Assembly (NCBI GenBank): GCA_018303185.1
Contig: JAGVYR010000030.1
Span: 1 to 54,562 of the forward strand
Reading direction: 5' to 3'
DNA from: Candidatus Woesearchaeota archaeon
GTDB lineage: Archaea > Nanobdellota > Nanobdellia > Woesearchaeales > GW2011-AR4
Length of the DNA: 54,562 nt
Within the stretch, counting starts at the first letter, position 1; the number at the start of each line of letters is the position of its first letter. Below the pieces are notes generated by a model, which did not search any database, was not told the DNA's origin, and was given only the letters and a program-made list of their open reading frames with translations. The translations under genes and the position numbers were made by a program. Positions 26,495-35,854 of this stretch are shown here, piece after piece.

Positions 26495-27892
26495 CTACTC
26501 TATCTCCCTTATTTCAAGTATGTCTATGTTCTTCTTCGGGCTTATGTCGGATATTATTATAGCCCTGTCTCCTTTAATAAGAAATTCCTTCTGCTTCAGC
26601 ATTCCTATCGCTTCCCTTATCATCTCATCAGAATTCTCCCTGAATTTAATCCTGAATGGGAATGCGCCCCAGAAGATTGTCATGCGCCTCATTACCTCTT
26701 CGGATTCTGTGAAAACGAATATGTCGGTATTGGGCCTTTTTCTTGTGACCCGGCTCAGCAGCCTGCCTGTCCTTGAAAACACTATTATTGCCTTGGCATC
26801 AAGATTTTCAGCGTTTATGCATGCCCCTAAAGAAAGCGCCTCCTTCACGTCCTTCGTCTTGAAGCCGTTTTTCAGCTCGAAAGAAAGCTTTTTCTGCACG
26901 TTTTTCGCTATTGTCGCCATTGTCTTGACGCATTCCACAGGATACTGGCCTTTTGTGGTCTCCCCTGAAAGCATTATGCAGTCAGCCTTCTCATAGACTG
27001 CGTTTGCAACGTCTATGACTTCGGCCCTTGTCGGCCTTGGATTGACAATCATTGACTCAAGAAGATGCGTGGCTATTATGACCGGCTTACCCTGCTCAAT
27101 GCATTTCTTCACCATCTCTTTCTGCAGGATTGGAATGTCTTCAAGAGGAACTTCAACCCCCAAATCGCCCCTGGCTACCATGACGCCGTCAGAGGCTTCA
27201 ATTATCTCATCCATGCTGTCTACGCCCTGCTGGTCCTCAATCTTCGCGATTATCATAGCCCCGGAATTAAGGCTTTTGAGAAGCGAACGCATGTCCTCAA
27301 TGTCCTTTTTGCCCCTTACAAAAGACTGTGCGATGAAATCAGCACCGTGCTTCACCACAAGCCTTATGTCTTCTTTGTCCTTTTCAGTTATTGCCGGCAG
27401 CCCCGTCTTTATTCCGGGTATTGTGACTGTTTTCCTGTTGCCTATGCTGCCCTGGTTGAGGACTTTGCAGAGAAAATGATAAGGCTCAACCTCAAGAACT
27501 TCAACTGCCACAAGGCCGTCATCAATCAGTATTATGCCGCCGACATTCACCTTATTTATCAAATCCTCATGGAGGATGAATGTGTGCTTTTCGCCTTCCT
27601 GTATGTCGCAGGCGCTGCTTACGGCAATCTTAAAGATTTCACCTTCCTTAAGCTTAACTTCCTTGCCGGAAGTCCTTATTTCGGGGCCCTGCGTGTCTAT
27701 CATCAGGCTTACGGGGAACACTGTCTTTTTGTTCAGCTCCCTGATGCGCTTCATAATCATCTCATGCCAAGCCTTGTCGCCATGGGACATGTTTATCCTT
27801 ACTATGTTCATGCCGTTCCTTGAAAGATTGAAGAGCATCTCCTCTGACTCGGTCTTCGGCCCAATGGTTGCAACTATCTTTGTGCGCCTCAT
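26495..27892 (-). CDS. pyk: pyruvate kinase
   Basis: It contains RRTKIVATIGP, MNIVRINMSHG and IMVARGDLGVE. Confidence 0.92.
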   Translation of the reverse strand: MRRTKIVATIGPKTESEEMLFNLSRNGMNIVRINMSHGDKAWHEMIMKRIRELNKKTVFPVSLMIDTQGPEIRTSGKEVKLKEGEIFKIAVSSACDIQEGEKHTFILHEDLINKVNVGGIILIDDGLVAVEVLEVEPYHFLCKVLNQGSIGNRKTVTIPGIKTGLPAITEKDKEDIRLVVKHGADFIAQSFVRGKKDIEDMRSLLKSLNSGAMIIAKIEDQQGVDSMDEIIEASDGVMVARGDLGVEVPLEDIPILQKEMVKKCIEQGKPVIIATHLLESMIVNPRPTRAEVIDVANAVYEKADCIMLSGETTKGQYPVECVKTMATIAKNVQKKLSFELKNGFKTKDVKEALSLGACINAENLDAKAIIVFSRTGRLLSRVTRKRPNTDIFVFTESEEVMRRMTIFWGAFPFRIKFRENSDEMIREAIGMLKQKEFLIKGDRAIIISDISPKKNIDILEIREIE

Positions 27893-27952
27893 AGCTTTCT
27901 GGATAGAAACAGGGTTTTTAAGGTTTATGGATAATCAGATATTGCATTTGTT

Positions 27953-28037
27953 GCAGCAACAATGGCGAGGGCAAGGCTGGGGTTGCGCCGTCCGGGCTGC
28001 CGAGCAGCGAAGCGTCCGAAGCCATTTTTGTTGCTGC
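27953..28037. repeat. GC-rich long hairpin between grx and pyk
   Basis: GCAGCAACAATGGC (27953-27966) pairs with GCCATTTTTGTTGCTGC (28021-28037). The interior (GGGGTTGCGCC...GCCGAGCAGCGAAG) resembles pieces of the MITE-like family. Confidence 0.4.
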
Positions 28038-28100
28038 CAGCCTCAAAAAATGCAGAATCCTATTTTAAAAAAGAATATAAAAATCAAAAAAACAAAGAAA

Positions 28101-28337
28101 TCAGCCCTGAAGCGCCTCTTCTATTGCATCCCTGTTATATCCCACTATAATCGTGCCGTCAATGTCAGTCACGGGAACGCCCATCTGGCCTGACTTCTCT
28201 ACCATCTCCTCTGCTGCCTTCCTGTCAGCGCCTACATCAACATCTTCGTATTTGACGCCCTTTTCCTTCAAAAAATCCTTGACCTTCACGCACCACGGGC
28301 ATGTCCTTGTCGAGTAAACCTTAACATTCTTTGCCAT
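28101..28337 (-). CDS. glutaredoxin/NrdH-like small redoxin
   Basis: 78 aa with VYSTRTCPWCVKVKDFL (CPWC) and VPVTDIDG. Confidence 0.8.
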   Translation of the reverse strand: MAKNVKVYSTRTCPWCVKVKDFLKEKGVKYEDVDVGADRKAAEEMVEKSGQMGVPVTDIDGTIIVGYNRDAIEEALQG

Positions 28338-28355
28338 TTTATATCCTCCATATCC

Positions 28356-28478
28356 TTATTTGGCAATTGCCACTATAACTGCCACTGCAGCTATAACCAG
28401 CATTGCCAGCATTGCTTTTTCATGCATGCACATCCCTTCCTTTTCCTTGCATCCCTGCATTGGGCACATATGCGCCAT
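28356..28478 (-). CDS. candidate 40-aa Cys/Met/His-rich membrane peptide
   Basis: It is not in the ORF track because it is under 60 aa. Hand translation gives MAHMCPMQGCKEKEGMCMHEKAMLAMLVIAAVAVIVAIAK. GAGGTGATG lies just upstream, and a TTTAAATATA box lies about 30 nt upstream. Its stop is 18 nt before the grx ATG. Confidence 0.4.
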   Translation of the reverse strand: MAHMCPMQGCKEKEGMCMHEKAMLAMLVIAAVAVIVAIAK

Positions 28479-28606
28479 TATACATCACCTCAACCTCATA
28501 TTATATTTAAATCTTATCATGCTAATAAATATAACAATATTTCCTTAAACCCTTAAATATGAATTTTAAGGTTAATTTAATAAATTGGCGGCAATTATAG
28601 GCAAGA

Positions 28607-29431
28607 ATGAACCATCTACTTTTCGGCACTGCAGGCATACCCTTGCTAACTAAAGGAAGCACTACAGACGGCATAGTGGATGTAAGGAAGATGGGCCTAG
28701 GCGCAATGGAGCTTGAATTCGTGAGGAGCGTCAATATCTCCAGAGAAAGGGCGCCAGAAGTGAAGAATGCAAAAGAAAAGAATGGTGTTGTCCTGACGTG
28801 CCATGCGCCTTATTTCATAAATTTAAATTCTGATGACAGATTGAAGCTGAAGGCAAGCAAAGAGCGCATTCTGAACTCTGCAAGAATATTAAGCTTGTGC
28901 GGGGGCTGGAGCGTGTGCTTCCATCCGGGCTTTTACCAGAAGAGCACGAAGGAAGACACATTTAACAATATCAAAAACGCAATAAAAGAACTCTCAACAA
29001 CCATAAAAAAAGAAAAAAACAACGTTTGGCTTCGCATGGAAACAACAGGCAAGGGAAGCCAGTTCGGGAATATAAACGAGATTCTGGATATCTCGGCAGA
29101 GTTTGACAATGTCATGCCATGCGTTGACTTTTCGCATCTGCATGCAAGAACCAATGGAAAATATAACACAAAAAAGGAATTTGACCAAATTCTTGGACTT
29201 ATAGAGAAAAAACTGGGAAAGAACGGGCTTCAGAACATGCACATTCATGTTTCAGGCATTGCCTATGGGGAGAAAGGGGAGAAGCATCATCTTATCCTTA
29301 AGGAATCGGACTTTAACTATAAAGATCTGCTTAAGTCACTGAAAGACTTTAATGCAGCAGGCGTATTGATTAGCGAGAGCCCGAATATAGAAGGGGATGC
29401 GCTGGTAATGCAGGAAGAATACGGAAAATAA
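28607..29431 (+). CDS. endonuclease IV / AP-endonuclease-2 family TIM-barrel protein
   Basis: It contains LFGTAGIP, CHAPYFINL, FHPG, ETTGK and DFSHLHA, a metal-ligand pattern typical of the Nfo/xylose-isomerase-like fold. Confidence 0.65.
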   Translation: MNHLLFGTAGIPLLTKGSTTDGIVDVRKMGLGAMELEFVRSVNISRERAPEVKNAKEKNGVVLTCHAPYFINLNSDDRLKLKASKERILNSARILSLCGGWSVCFHPGFYQKSTKEDTFNNIKNAIKELSTTIKKEKNNVWLRMETTGKGSQFGNINEILDISAEFDNVMPCVDFSHLHARTNGKYNTKKEFDQILGLIEKKLGKNGLQNMHIHVSGIAYGEKGEKHHLILKESDFNYKDLLKSLKDFNAAGVLISESPNIEGDALVMQEEYGK

Positions 29432-30718
29432 TCATCCGCGCCTGAAAAACTCCTCGGTGCCCTTTGCCTCAATCGCGGCAACAAGCTTCTTTGATGCGTA
29501 TATGTATGCAGCTGTCCTGAAGCTGGTCTTATGCTCTTCCCTGGCTTTCAGGACCTCTTCAAATGCCATTACCATGAGCTTCTTAAGCCTTTCCTGAACT
29601 GTCTCAAGCTCCCAGTAATATCCAGCCCTGTTTTGAACCCATTCAAAATAGCTTACAGATACGCCGCCAGCATTGGCAAGAATGTCAGGAATTATTGTTA
29701 CGCCTTTCTTAAAAAGTATTTCGTCAGCCTCTATCGTTGTGGGGCCGTTTGCCAGTTCCACAATAAGCTTTGCTTTTATCCTGTCAGCGTTTTTCTCTGT
29801 TATCTGGTTTTCCAGCGCTGCCGGAATCAATATGTCAACGTCAAGCTCAAGAAGCTGCTCATTCGTGACGTCTTCATGCTCAATGTCATCGCATACAGTG
29901 CCTCTGCAGTATACTCCGTCAATCATGCCTTTTTCCTGCTTTACTTTGAGTATAGAGTCAGGATGTAAGGAGCCTGTTTTCGTGTAAATGCCGCCCTTTG
30001 AGTCGCTCAATGCAACAATCTTATAGCCGTCATCATGTAAAAGCCTTGCAATATGATAGCCTGCGTTCCCAAATCCCTGCACAGCGACCCTCAGCTTTTT
30101 TTCATCAAGATTATGCTTTTTTGCATACTCCCTGATTATGTAATAGGCGCCTCTTGCAGTCGCATCATCCCTGCCTTTGCTCCCTCCCAAGGAAACTGGC
30201 TTTCCTGTTATGACTGCCGGCGTCAATTTCCTTGAGATGCGGCTGTACTCGTCAGCCATCCAGCCCATTATTGTCTCGTTTGTATAAACGTCAGGTGCAG
30301 GAATGTCAATGTCAGGGCCTATGAACTCGTAAATCCCCCGTATATAGCCTCTGCTTAATCTTTCAAGCTCCTGCTTTGAGAGCTTTTTGGGGTTGACAAT
30401 CACGCCGCCTTTCGCGCCTCCGAACGGAATGCCCACAACTGCGCATTTGAAAGTCATCCAGAATGCCAGCGTCTTGACTTCATCCATGTCCACATTTGGA
30501 TGGTAGCGTATCCCGCCCTTTGTTGGGCCAAGAATGTCATTGTAATGCACGCGATATCCTTTGAAAATTTCAAGCTTGCCGTTGTCCATCCTCACAGGGA
30601 TGCTCACTTCTATTATCTGCTTCGGGTTTTCCAGCGTTTTTTTAGCGTCATCACTGACTTTGAAGAATCTCGTAGCTTTTTCAAACTGCTTTACTGCGTT
30701 TTCAAAAAGTCCCGGCAT
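29432..30718 (-). CDS. gdhA: glutamate dehydrogenase
   Basis: It contains GPTKGGIRYHP, PFGGAKGG and VQGFGNAG. Confidence 0.92.
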   Translation of the reverse strand: MPGLFENAVKQFEKATRFFKVSDDAKKTLENPKQIIEVSIPVRMDNGKLEIFKGYRVHYNDILGPTKGGIRYHPNVDMDEVKTLAFWMTFKCAVVGIPFGGAKGGVIVNPKKLSKQELERLSRGYIRGIYEFIGPDIDIPAPDVYTNETIMGWMADEYSRISRKLTPAVITGKPVSLGGSKGRDDATARGAYYIIREYAKKHNLDEKKLRVAVQGFGNAGYHIARLLHDDGYKIVALSDSKGGIYTKTGSLHPDSILKVKQEKGMIDGVYCRGTVCDDIEHEDVTNEQLLELDVDILIPAALENQITEKNADRIKAKLIVELANGPTTIEADEILFKKGVTIIPDILANAGGVSVSYFEWVQNRAGYYWELETVQERLKKLMVMAFEEVLKAREEHKTSFRTAAYIYASKKLVAAIEAKGTEEFFRRG

Positions 30719-30782
30719 TTTTACACCTTATTTTTATATTTTTAATGGTATACCTGTAAATATATAAATTCTTGGTTTAAGC

Positions 30783-32105
30783 CTAAAAAGACCCTCCTGA
30801 AAGTATTCTCTTTGTCTCTGCCTTGTAATCCTCTACATTGGGCTGGTCAAAGGGGTTCACTTCCATCAAAAAGCCAAGATACATAATCTCCATCATTTTT
30901 AACTGCAGGAGCTGGCCAATTGAAGACTCTGACTTGTCCGGCAAAGCCAATTCCATGAACGGCCTTTTTCCTTTCCTGAAAGCTGCCTTTGTGCCTTCAA
31001 GAACTGCATTCATTATTTTTTCAAGCGATTTTCCCTGTATTTTATCCACAAGGTTTGAATATTCCTTAAAATCAGGGACTTTTACATTGGCTTTATTACC
31101 CCTAACCCTTACAAAAGCCGTAAACTTGTCATAAGGCCCGCCAAGATAGAGCTGGGCCATTGAATGCAGGTCGGTCGAGCCTATGGAGACTGTCGGAGTA
31201 ATGCCGTTATGGATTTTTTTGCCTTTTACACTGAACTCCTTTCCAATGCTCTCGCCCATCAGCTGCCTGTACCACTTGCCTACTGATTCAAGGTCGTTTG
31301 AGAACAAAAACAAGTCTGCAATATTTTTTCCTTTTTTCGAGTTCAGATAAAGAAGGATTGCACTTAAGGCTGCAGGATTATTTTTTATATTTTTATTTAA
31401 GCATTGCTTTCTCATCAATGCGGCGCCTTCCAGCAATTTATCAATATTAACGCCAATCAACCCTAAAGGAAACAATCCCACCGGTGAGAAAACAGAATAC
31501 CTGCCGCCGACTTTCTTCGGAATTTCAAGGGTGCCAAAGCCTTTTTCCAATGCGAGATTCCAGTATTTTGAGCCTTTGTCACTTGTTACAACAACATATT
31601 TTTCATAATTTTTTTTATATTTTTTTAATAATCTGATAAAAATCTCAAAATTTGCCATTGTCTCGGTTGTGCCGCCTGACTTTGAAACCCCGTTTATGAT
31701 GATGTTTTTTCCTTTTTTAAGGACGGGCTCAATTATGCCCATTATATCCTGCACGGAATCAGAATCAACAGTGTCCGAGTACAGTATCTTTATCCTTGGA
31801 TTGAGCTGGTTGTAAAACTTCCCCAAGACAGCTTCCTGCACCGCTATCGTGCCGAGGTTGCTGCCGCCTATGCCAACCACAACCAGATACTCAGGATTAA
31901 GCGCCTTTTTGGCTTTTATTATCTTTATAACATTGTTTAATGCTTTTTCATCTGTTGGCAGGTTAATTGAAGCCTTGTCATTCCCATAGCCTTTTTTTGA
32001 GGCGAGGGACATGCCTTTTATTTCCTTTTGAAGCGTTCTACCAGCCTTATTTATCTTATTTTGAGAAATAAAGGAACCAGAATAGCTGAGTTTTATTTTT
32101 TCCAT
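30783..32105 (-). CDS. pgi: glucose-6-phosphate isomerase (short type)
   Basis: It contains VVGIGGSNLG, SKSGGTTET and VGGRYS. The start was set at MEKIKL. Confidence 0.85.
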   Translation of the reverse strand: MEKIKLSYSGSFISQNKINKAGRTLQKEIKGMSLASKKGYGNDKASINLPTDEKALNNVIKIIKAKKALNPEYLVVVGIGGSNLGTIAVQEAVLGKFYNQLNPRIKILYSDTVDSDSVQDIMGIIEPVLKKGKNIIINGVSKSGGTTETMANFEIFIRLLKKYKKNYEKYVVVTSDKGSKYWNLALEKGFGTLEIPKKVGGRYSVFSPVGLFPLGLIGVNIDKLLEGAALMRKQCLNKNIKNNPAALSAILLYLNSKKGKNIADLFLFSNDLESVGKWYRQLMGESIGKEFSVKGKKIHNGITPTVSIGSTDLHSMAQLYLGGPYDKFTAFVRVRGNKANVKVPDFKEYSNLVDKIQGKSLEKIMNAVLEGTKAAFRKGKRPFMELALPDKSESSIGQLLQLKMMEIMYLGFLMEVNPFDQPNVEDYKAETKRILSGGSF

Positions 32106-32160
32106 TTTTATCTTTGTTTTTAGGTTTGTTTTTAAAATTGTCGGTAAGGAGTAAGGCAAT

Positions 32161-33621
32161 TTAAGGGAAGTATACTTCCGTCTCCGGGTGGAATGCGGCC
32201 CATGCAAACCAAAACAGCGTCTCGACCGCTATATCACTTCCTTCTGATGCTTTAGCTTTGGCACTCTTTAAAGTATTATTAAAATCTACAATGATTTTTT
32301 CTCCACCTAATGAATCCTCAACTGTTCCAACACGCTCCAAATCGCTTTTTTTGTATGCCTTAAATTTCCCATTAAGCTCTATCCCGTAAACTATTTCGTA
32401 AGCATCAAGCCTGAAATCCTCATTCTGCAGCCTGAACCTGAGGTTTATATCGGTAAAATCTCCATCCCTGCCATAGGGATTGCTGCCGCTGTAATCCCTG
32501 GATGGAAAACCGGTGTCCTTTGAAAGTACTTCACTATCAGGATATGCCTTTTTCCAATCACCCCACTTTACGGTGTCTGTGGGGAGCTTTTTCAGCTTTG
32601 TCCCGGTCAAAGGGCCTATAACTGCCTTTCCGAGCGTTTGCGGCCAATAAGAATCTGTTTTCCTGTCGTACATGACAAGCTCCGAGTTTAATAATTTTCC
32701 GGAAACGCCGAATTCAACCGCTTCTCCGCCTATTTCCCTGTGAAATGCCAGTCCGGTGAAGCACAGCGGGCAGTAAGATACCAATATGGGGTCTCCCAGT
32801 ATATTGTCATTTACAATCTCATGGCTTACCAGAATCCTGAAGGGGTAGAACCTTTTCTCGCCCCTGTAAACTATGCCCAGGCCAAGCTCATCGTCAGGGA
32901 GCCACTTGCCTGCATTTTCCACTTCAATAAACTTTGGATTATCTATCGAAGGTATGCCGTCTTTTGGAACTCCGCCAGAGAGAAGCTCATCCGGATGAAT
33001 GATATACCTTGTTCCATCCTGCAGAGTTTTTATTTCGTCCGCCACACTCAAACCTATTCCTTTATCCCTATTATCTTCCAATAATTTGCCAAGTTTTTCC
33101 CCAATCTCTTCATCCGTAAGCGGGCCGAATTTTTTGCCTTTAATTCTGCCATCCACCCCTATGAAATAAGTTACCGGCTGAGTAAACACATTATACGCTT
33201 CCCTTGCGCTTTTATCAGGGTCAAGCAATATGGGGTAAGATACCTGAATTTCACCAATGGACTTCCTTACAGCTTCAGGGCTTTCCTGCAAGTTTATTCC
33301 TATTATCTCCAAATTCCCCTTATTTTCCCTGTAGATTTTCTCAAATGCCGGCATCTCCTGCCTGCACGGCGGGCACCATGATGCCCAGAAGTTGAGTATA
33401 ACCGCCTTATTGCCGCGGAATGAGCTCAACTGCACTTTTTCCCCGTTCAAGGAGTTAAGAATGAAATCCGGCGGTAGGTCTCCAATGCCGAGGCCTGTGC
33501 CATGCCCTTTTATAACAGCTGAGTTTTTGTCCTTTTGGAAATAATTTTCTAATACTGGCAAGGCGGCCATTAGTATAATTGTAATAAGCAAAATCAGGAT
33601 AACTTTTTGATTATTCTCCAT
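32161..33621 (-). CDS. membrane-anchored TlpA-like thioredoxin fused to a DUF3179 domain
   Basis: An N-terminal TM segment is followed by ILNFWASWCPPCRQEMP (a Trx CxxC). The C-terminal half contains DGIPSIDNPKF...VSYCPLC, which is typical of DUF3179. Confidence 0.7.
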   Translation of the reverse strand: MENNQKVILILLITIILMAALPVLENYFQKDKNSAVIKGHGTGLGIGDLPPDFILNSLNGEKVQLSSFRGNKAVILNFWASWCPPCRQEMPAFEKIYRENKGNLEIIGINLQESPEAVRKSIGEIQVSYPILLDPDKSAREAYNVFTQPVTYFIGVDGRIKGKKFGPLTDEEIGEKLGKLLEDNRDKGIGLSVADEIKTLQDGTRYIIHPDELLSGGVPKDGIPSIDNPKFIEVENAGKWLPDDELGLGIVYRGEKRFYPFRILVSHEIVNDNILGDPILVSYCPLCFTGLAFHREIGGEAVEFGVSGKLLNSELVMYDRKTDSYWPQTLGKAVIGPLTGTKLKKLPTDTVKWGDWKKAYPDSEVLSKDTGFPSRDYSGSNPYGRDGDFTDINLRFRLQNEDFRLDAYEIVYGIELNGKFKAYKKSDLERVGTVEDSLGGEKIIVDFNNTLKSAKAKASEGSDIAVETLFWFAWAAFHPETEVYFP

Positions 33622-33726
33622 TACAAAAACATTAATGCACCTGTGCTTGATTAATATTTGGTTTAATAAACAACTTATACTTATATACTTTAAGCCAGAG
33701 TTTTCGAAAATGAATTGGGCAATCCA

Positions 33727-33885
33727 TTAAAATTTCACAGCATTTTTTGTAATATCAATATTGCAGCTATTATGGCTCCTGCACCACGCCTCACATCTTT
33801 CCGCCAGTTCTTTCGTTTCATACGCAAAGCCGCATTCCTGACAAATGGAGCAGGTTTTGCCTTTTCTTGTTATCTCATTTGCCAT
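33727..33885 (-). CDS. candidate 52-aa Cys-rich (zinc-ribbon-like) protein
   Basis: It is not in the ORF track. Hand translation gives MANEITRKGKTCSICQECGFAYETKELAERCEAWCRSHNSCNIDITKNAVKF, with 7 Cys including CxxCxxC. It lies between two thioredoxin genes on the same strand. Confidence 0.45.
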   Translation of the reverse strand: MANEITRKGKTCSICQECGFAYETKELAERCEAWCRSHNSCNIDITKNAVKF

Positions 33886-33914
33886 TTTATAGCCGTTATA
33901 AAAATTAAAGATTA

Positions 33915-35111
33915 CTATCCAAAAGTAAACGTATACAGCTTGAACCTTTTCCCTTTCGCCACTATCTCAATCCTGTGCTTCCCGTACTCATAGTCAGCAA
34001 GATTGTAGAGCCTTTCCTCATTGACTTTTGCAATTCCGCTGGTGCCGATATCGCCACCTTTTGTGCTTTCATCCGCTTTTTTCCCGTCAATAAAGACCTC
34101 TATCTCTGCCTCGCTGTCAGAGCCGGCAACGATATTCAGGACTTTGGCATCATAATTCAGGATAAGCCTTGCCCCTTCCTCTTCGGACTCAATGTTGTCT
34201 GCATTAACTTTCCATTTTCCTTCAAGATAGATGTAGTTGTCAAGCATTTTTTCAGGAAGAGTGTAATCAACTATCCTGTTGGCAGGCAGCCCTTCCTCAT
34301 TTCCAAAATTGCCCCTGGTAAAATCATAGCCAAGGTAAAGCTCGGGAGTGCCTATATTTCCGGTAATGGAAACAGCATCTTCCGGCCTGCTTATCTCCAT
34401 GCTAATATCCTGCTCCATGCCCATCCTTTCTGCTCTTTCCTGCAGAAGCTCCTGAATCTTCATTTCTGTCTCGGCATACGCCCCCTCGCCAATATGGTCA
34501 TACCTTACAAAGCCGTCAATGTCAATAAGATACTTGCGGGGCCAGAACCTGTTGTTGTAGGCGCGCCATGTTGAATAGGAGTTGTCCTGCACAATGGGAT
34601 ATTGAAGCCGGTATTTTTCGGCTGCCTGCTTCACGTTATTGTAGTCTTTCTCAAACTCGAATTCAGGAGTGTGCACCCCAATAATGACAAGCCCCTTGTC
34701 CTTATACTTATCATGCCATTCCTTAATGTACGGGAGAGTGCGGATGCAGTTTATGCATGTGTATGTCCAAAAGTCTACCAAAACAACTTTGCCTTTCTGG
34801 TTTGCTATGCTTATGCTGTCATCGGTGTTTATGTAGCCTGCAATTCCCCTTAATTCAGGAGCCTGCTGGAAATTTGCTGATTTCGAGGCAATGGCTTTCT
34901 CATCCGGGATGTAATCTGAAATTCTTTCCTGAACCTGCGCTTGATTTGAGCCTGAAGATTCTGAATTTTCCGCAGGAATATCGCTTTCTATTGAATTTTC
35001 ATCCAAGATATCCACTTCTGAAGGCACTGAAACCTTTTGGGACTCAAAATAGTAAATCAGCGAGGCTATTGCCGTCAATACAATTATCAATGCAAATGCC
35101 CTGTTTTTCAC
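33915..35111 (-). CDS. TlpA-like thioredoxin with a DipZ-type C-terminal domain
   Basis: It contains VLVDFWTYTCINCIRTLP (CxxC) and PELYLGY...YLEGKWKV, as in the C-terminal part of actinobacterial DipZ. The GTG start lies 1 nt after the ccdA stop, with AGGAGG upstream. Confidence 0.7.
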   Translation of the reverse strand: MKNRAFALIIVLTAIASLIYYFESQKVSVPSEVDILDENSIESDIPAENSESSGSNQAQVQERISDYIPDEKAIASKSANFQQAPELRGIAGYINTDDSISIANQKGKVVLVDFWTYTCINCIRTLPYIKEWHDKYKDKGLVIIGVHTPEFEFEKDYNNVKQAAEKYRLQYPIVQDNSYSTWRAYNNRFWPRKYLIDIDGFVRYDHIGEGAYAETEMKIQELLQERAERMGMEQDISMEISRPEDAVSITGNIGTPELYLGYDFTRGNFGNEEGLPANRIVDYTLPEKMLDNYIYLEGKWKVNADNIESEEEGARLILNYDAKVLNIVAGSDSEAEIEVFIDGKKADESTKGGDIGTSGIAKVNEERLYNLADYEYGKHRIEIVAKGKRFKLYTFTFG

Positions 35112-35112
35112 C

Positions 35113-35853
35113 TTATTCCTCCTTTTTTATTGCGGTTGCGGCAAGGTAGCTGAGAAATGCCGGGATAAGGGGAAGGACGCACGGGCTGAGGAATGAGGCG
35201 ATGCCCGCTATGAAAGAGATTCCAAGCCCGACTGTGCTTCCTGAAGCGCTGATTCCTGCATCAAGGGACACAAGCAGGCTGGATACAGCTGAGAAGTTGG
35301 CAACTCTTGAAAGGTTGTTTGTAAAAACAAGGACGCCTATCAGTACAAGCAGGGCTCCAAAGATGTAATTGACAATCTTCAGCTTATCGGTGTACCTGCT
35401 TATCCATCCTGAAGCGCGGTCTGTGAAAAGGCCTACAACAAGGAACGGTATGCCCAAGCCAAGCGAGTAAGAAAGCATAAGCGGGAACGCGCTGCCAGGA
35501 TTTGAGACTGCCAGAGTAAGTATAGCGCCAAGAATTGCACCTACGCAGGGCGTCCAGCCTACAGCGAATGCAGCGCCGAAAACAAATGACGTTATGTAGG
35601 AATACCTGAACTTCCTCTTTACCTGCAGCTTGTGCTCGCGCTCAAGGAATGGTATTTTAACAAGGCCGAGCAGGAAGATTCCAAAGAATATTATTATTGC
35701 TCCTCCAATCCAGCCAAGTACCTTCTGCACTTTGAAAGCGTATGCTGAGAGCACGCTCTGGAGTAAAACACCCACAACAGAAAAGACAAGGCTGAAGCCC
35801 AATACGAAAAATACAGAGTTTATGAAAATGCTCCACTGCTTTTTGCCTTCCAT
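35113..35853 (-). CDS. ccdA: CcdA/DsbD-family thiol-disulfide electron transporter
   Basis: It has 6 TM segments, with FLSPCVLPLIP and GWTPCVGAILG (the two conserved Cys). Confidence 0.85.
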   Translation of the reverse strand: MEGKKQWSIFINSVFFVLGFSLVFSVVGVLLQSVLSAYAFKVQKVLGWIGGAIIIFFGIFLLGLVKIPFLEREHKLQVKRKFRYSYITSFVFGAAFAVGWTPCVGAILGAILTLAVSNPGSAFPLMLSYSLGLGIPFLVVGLFTDRASGWISRYTDKLKIVNYIFGALLVLIGVLVFTNNLSRVANFSAVSSLLVSLDAGISASGSTVGLGISFIAGIASFLSPCVLPLIPAFLSYLAATAIKKEE

Positions 35854-35854
35854 A

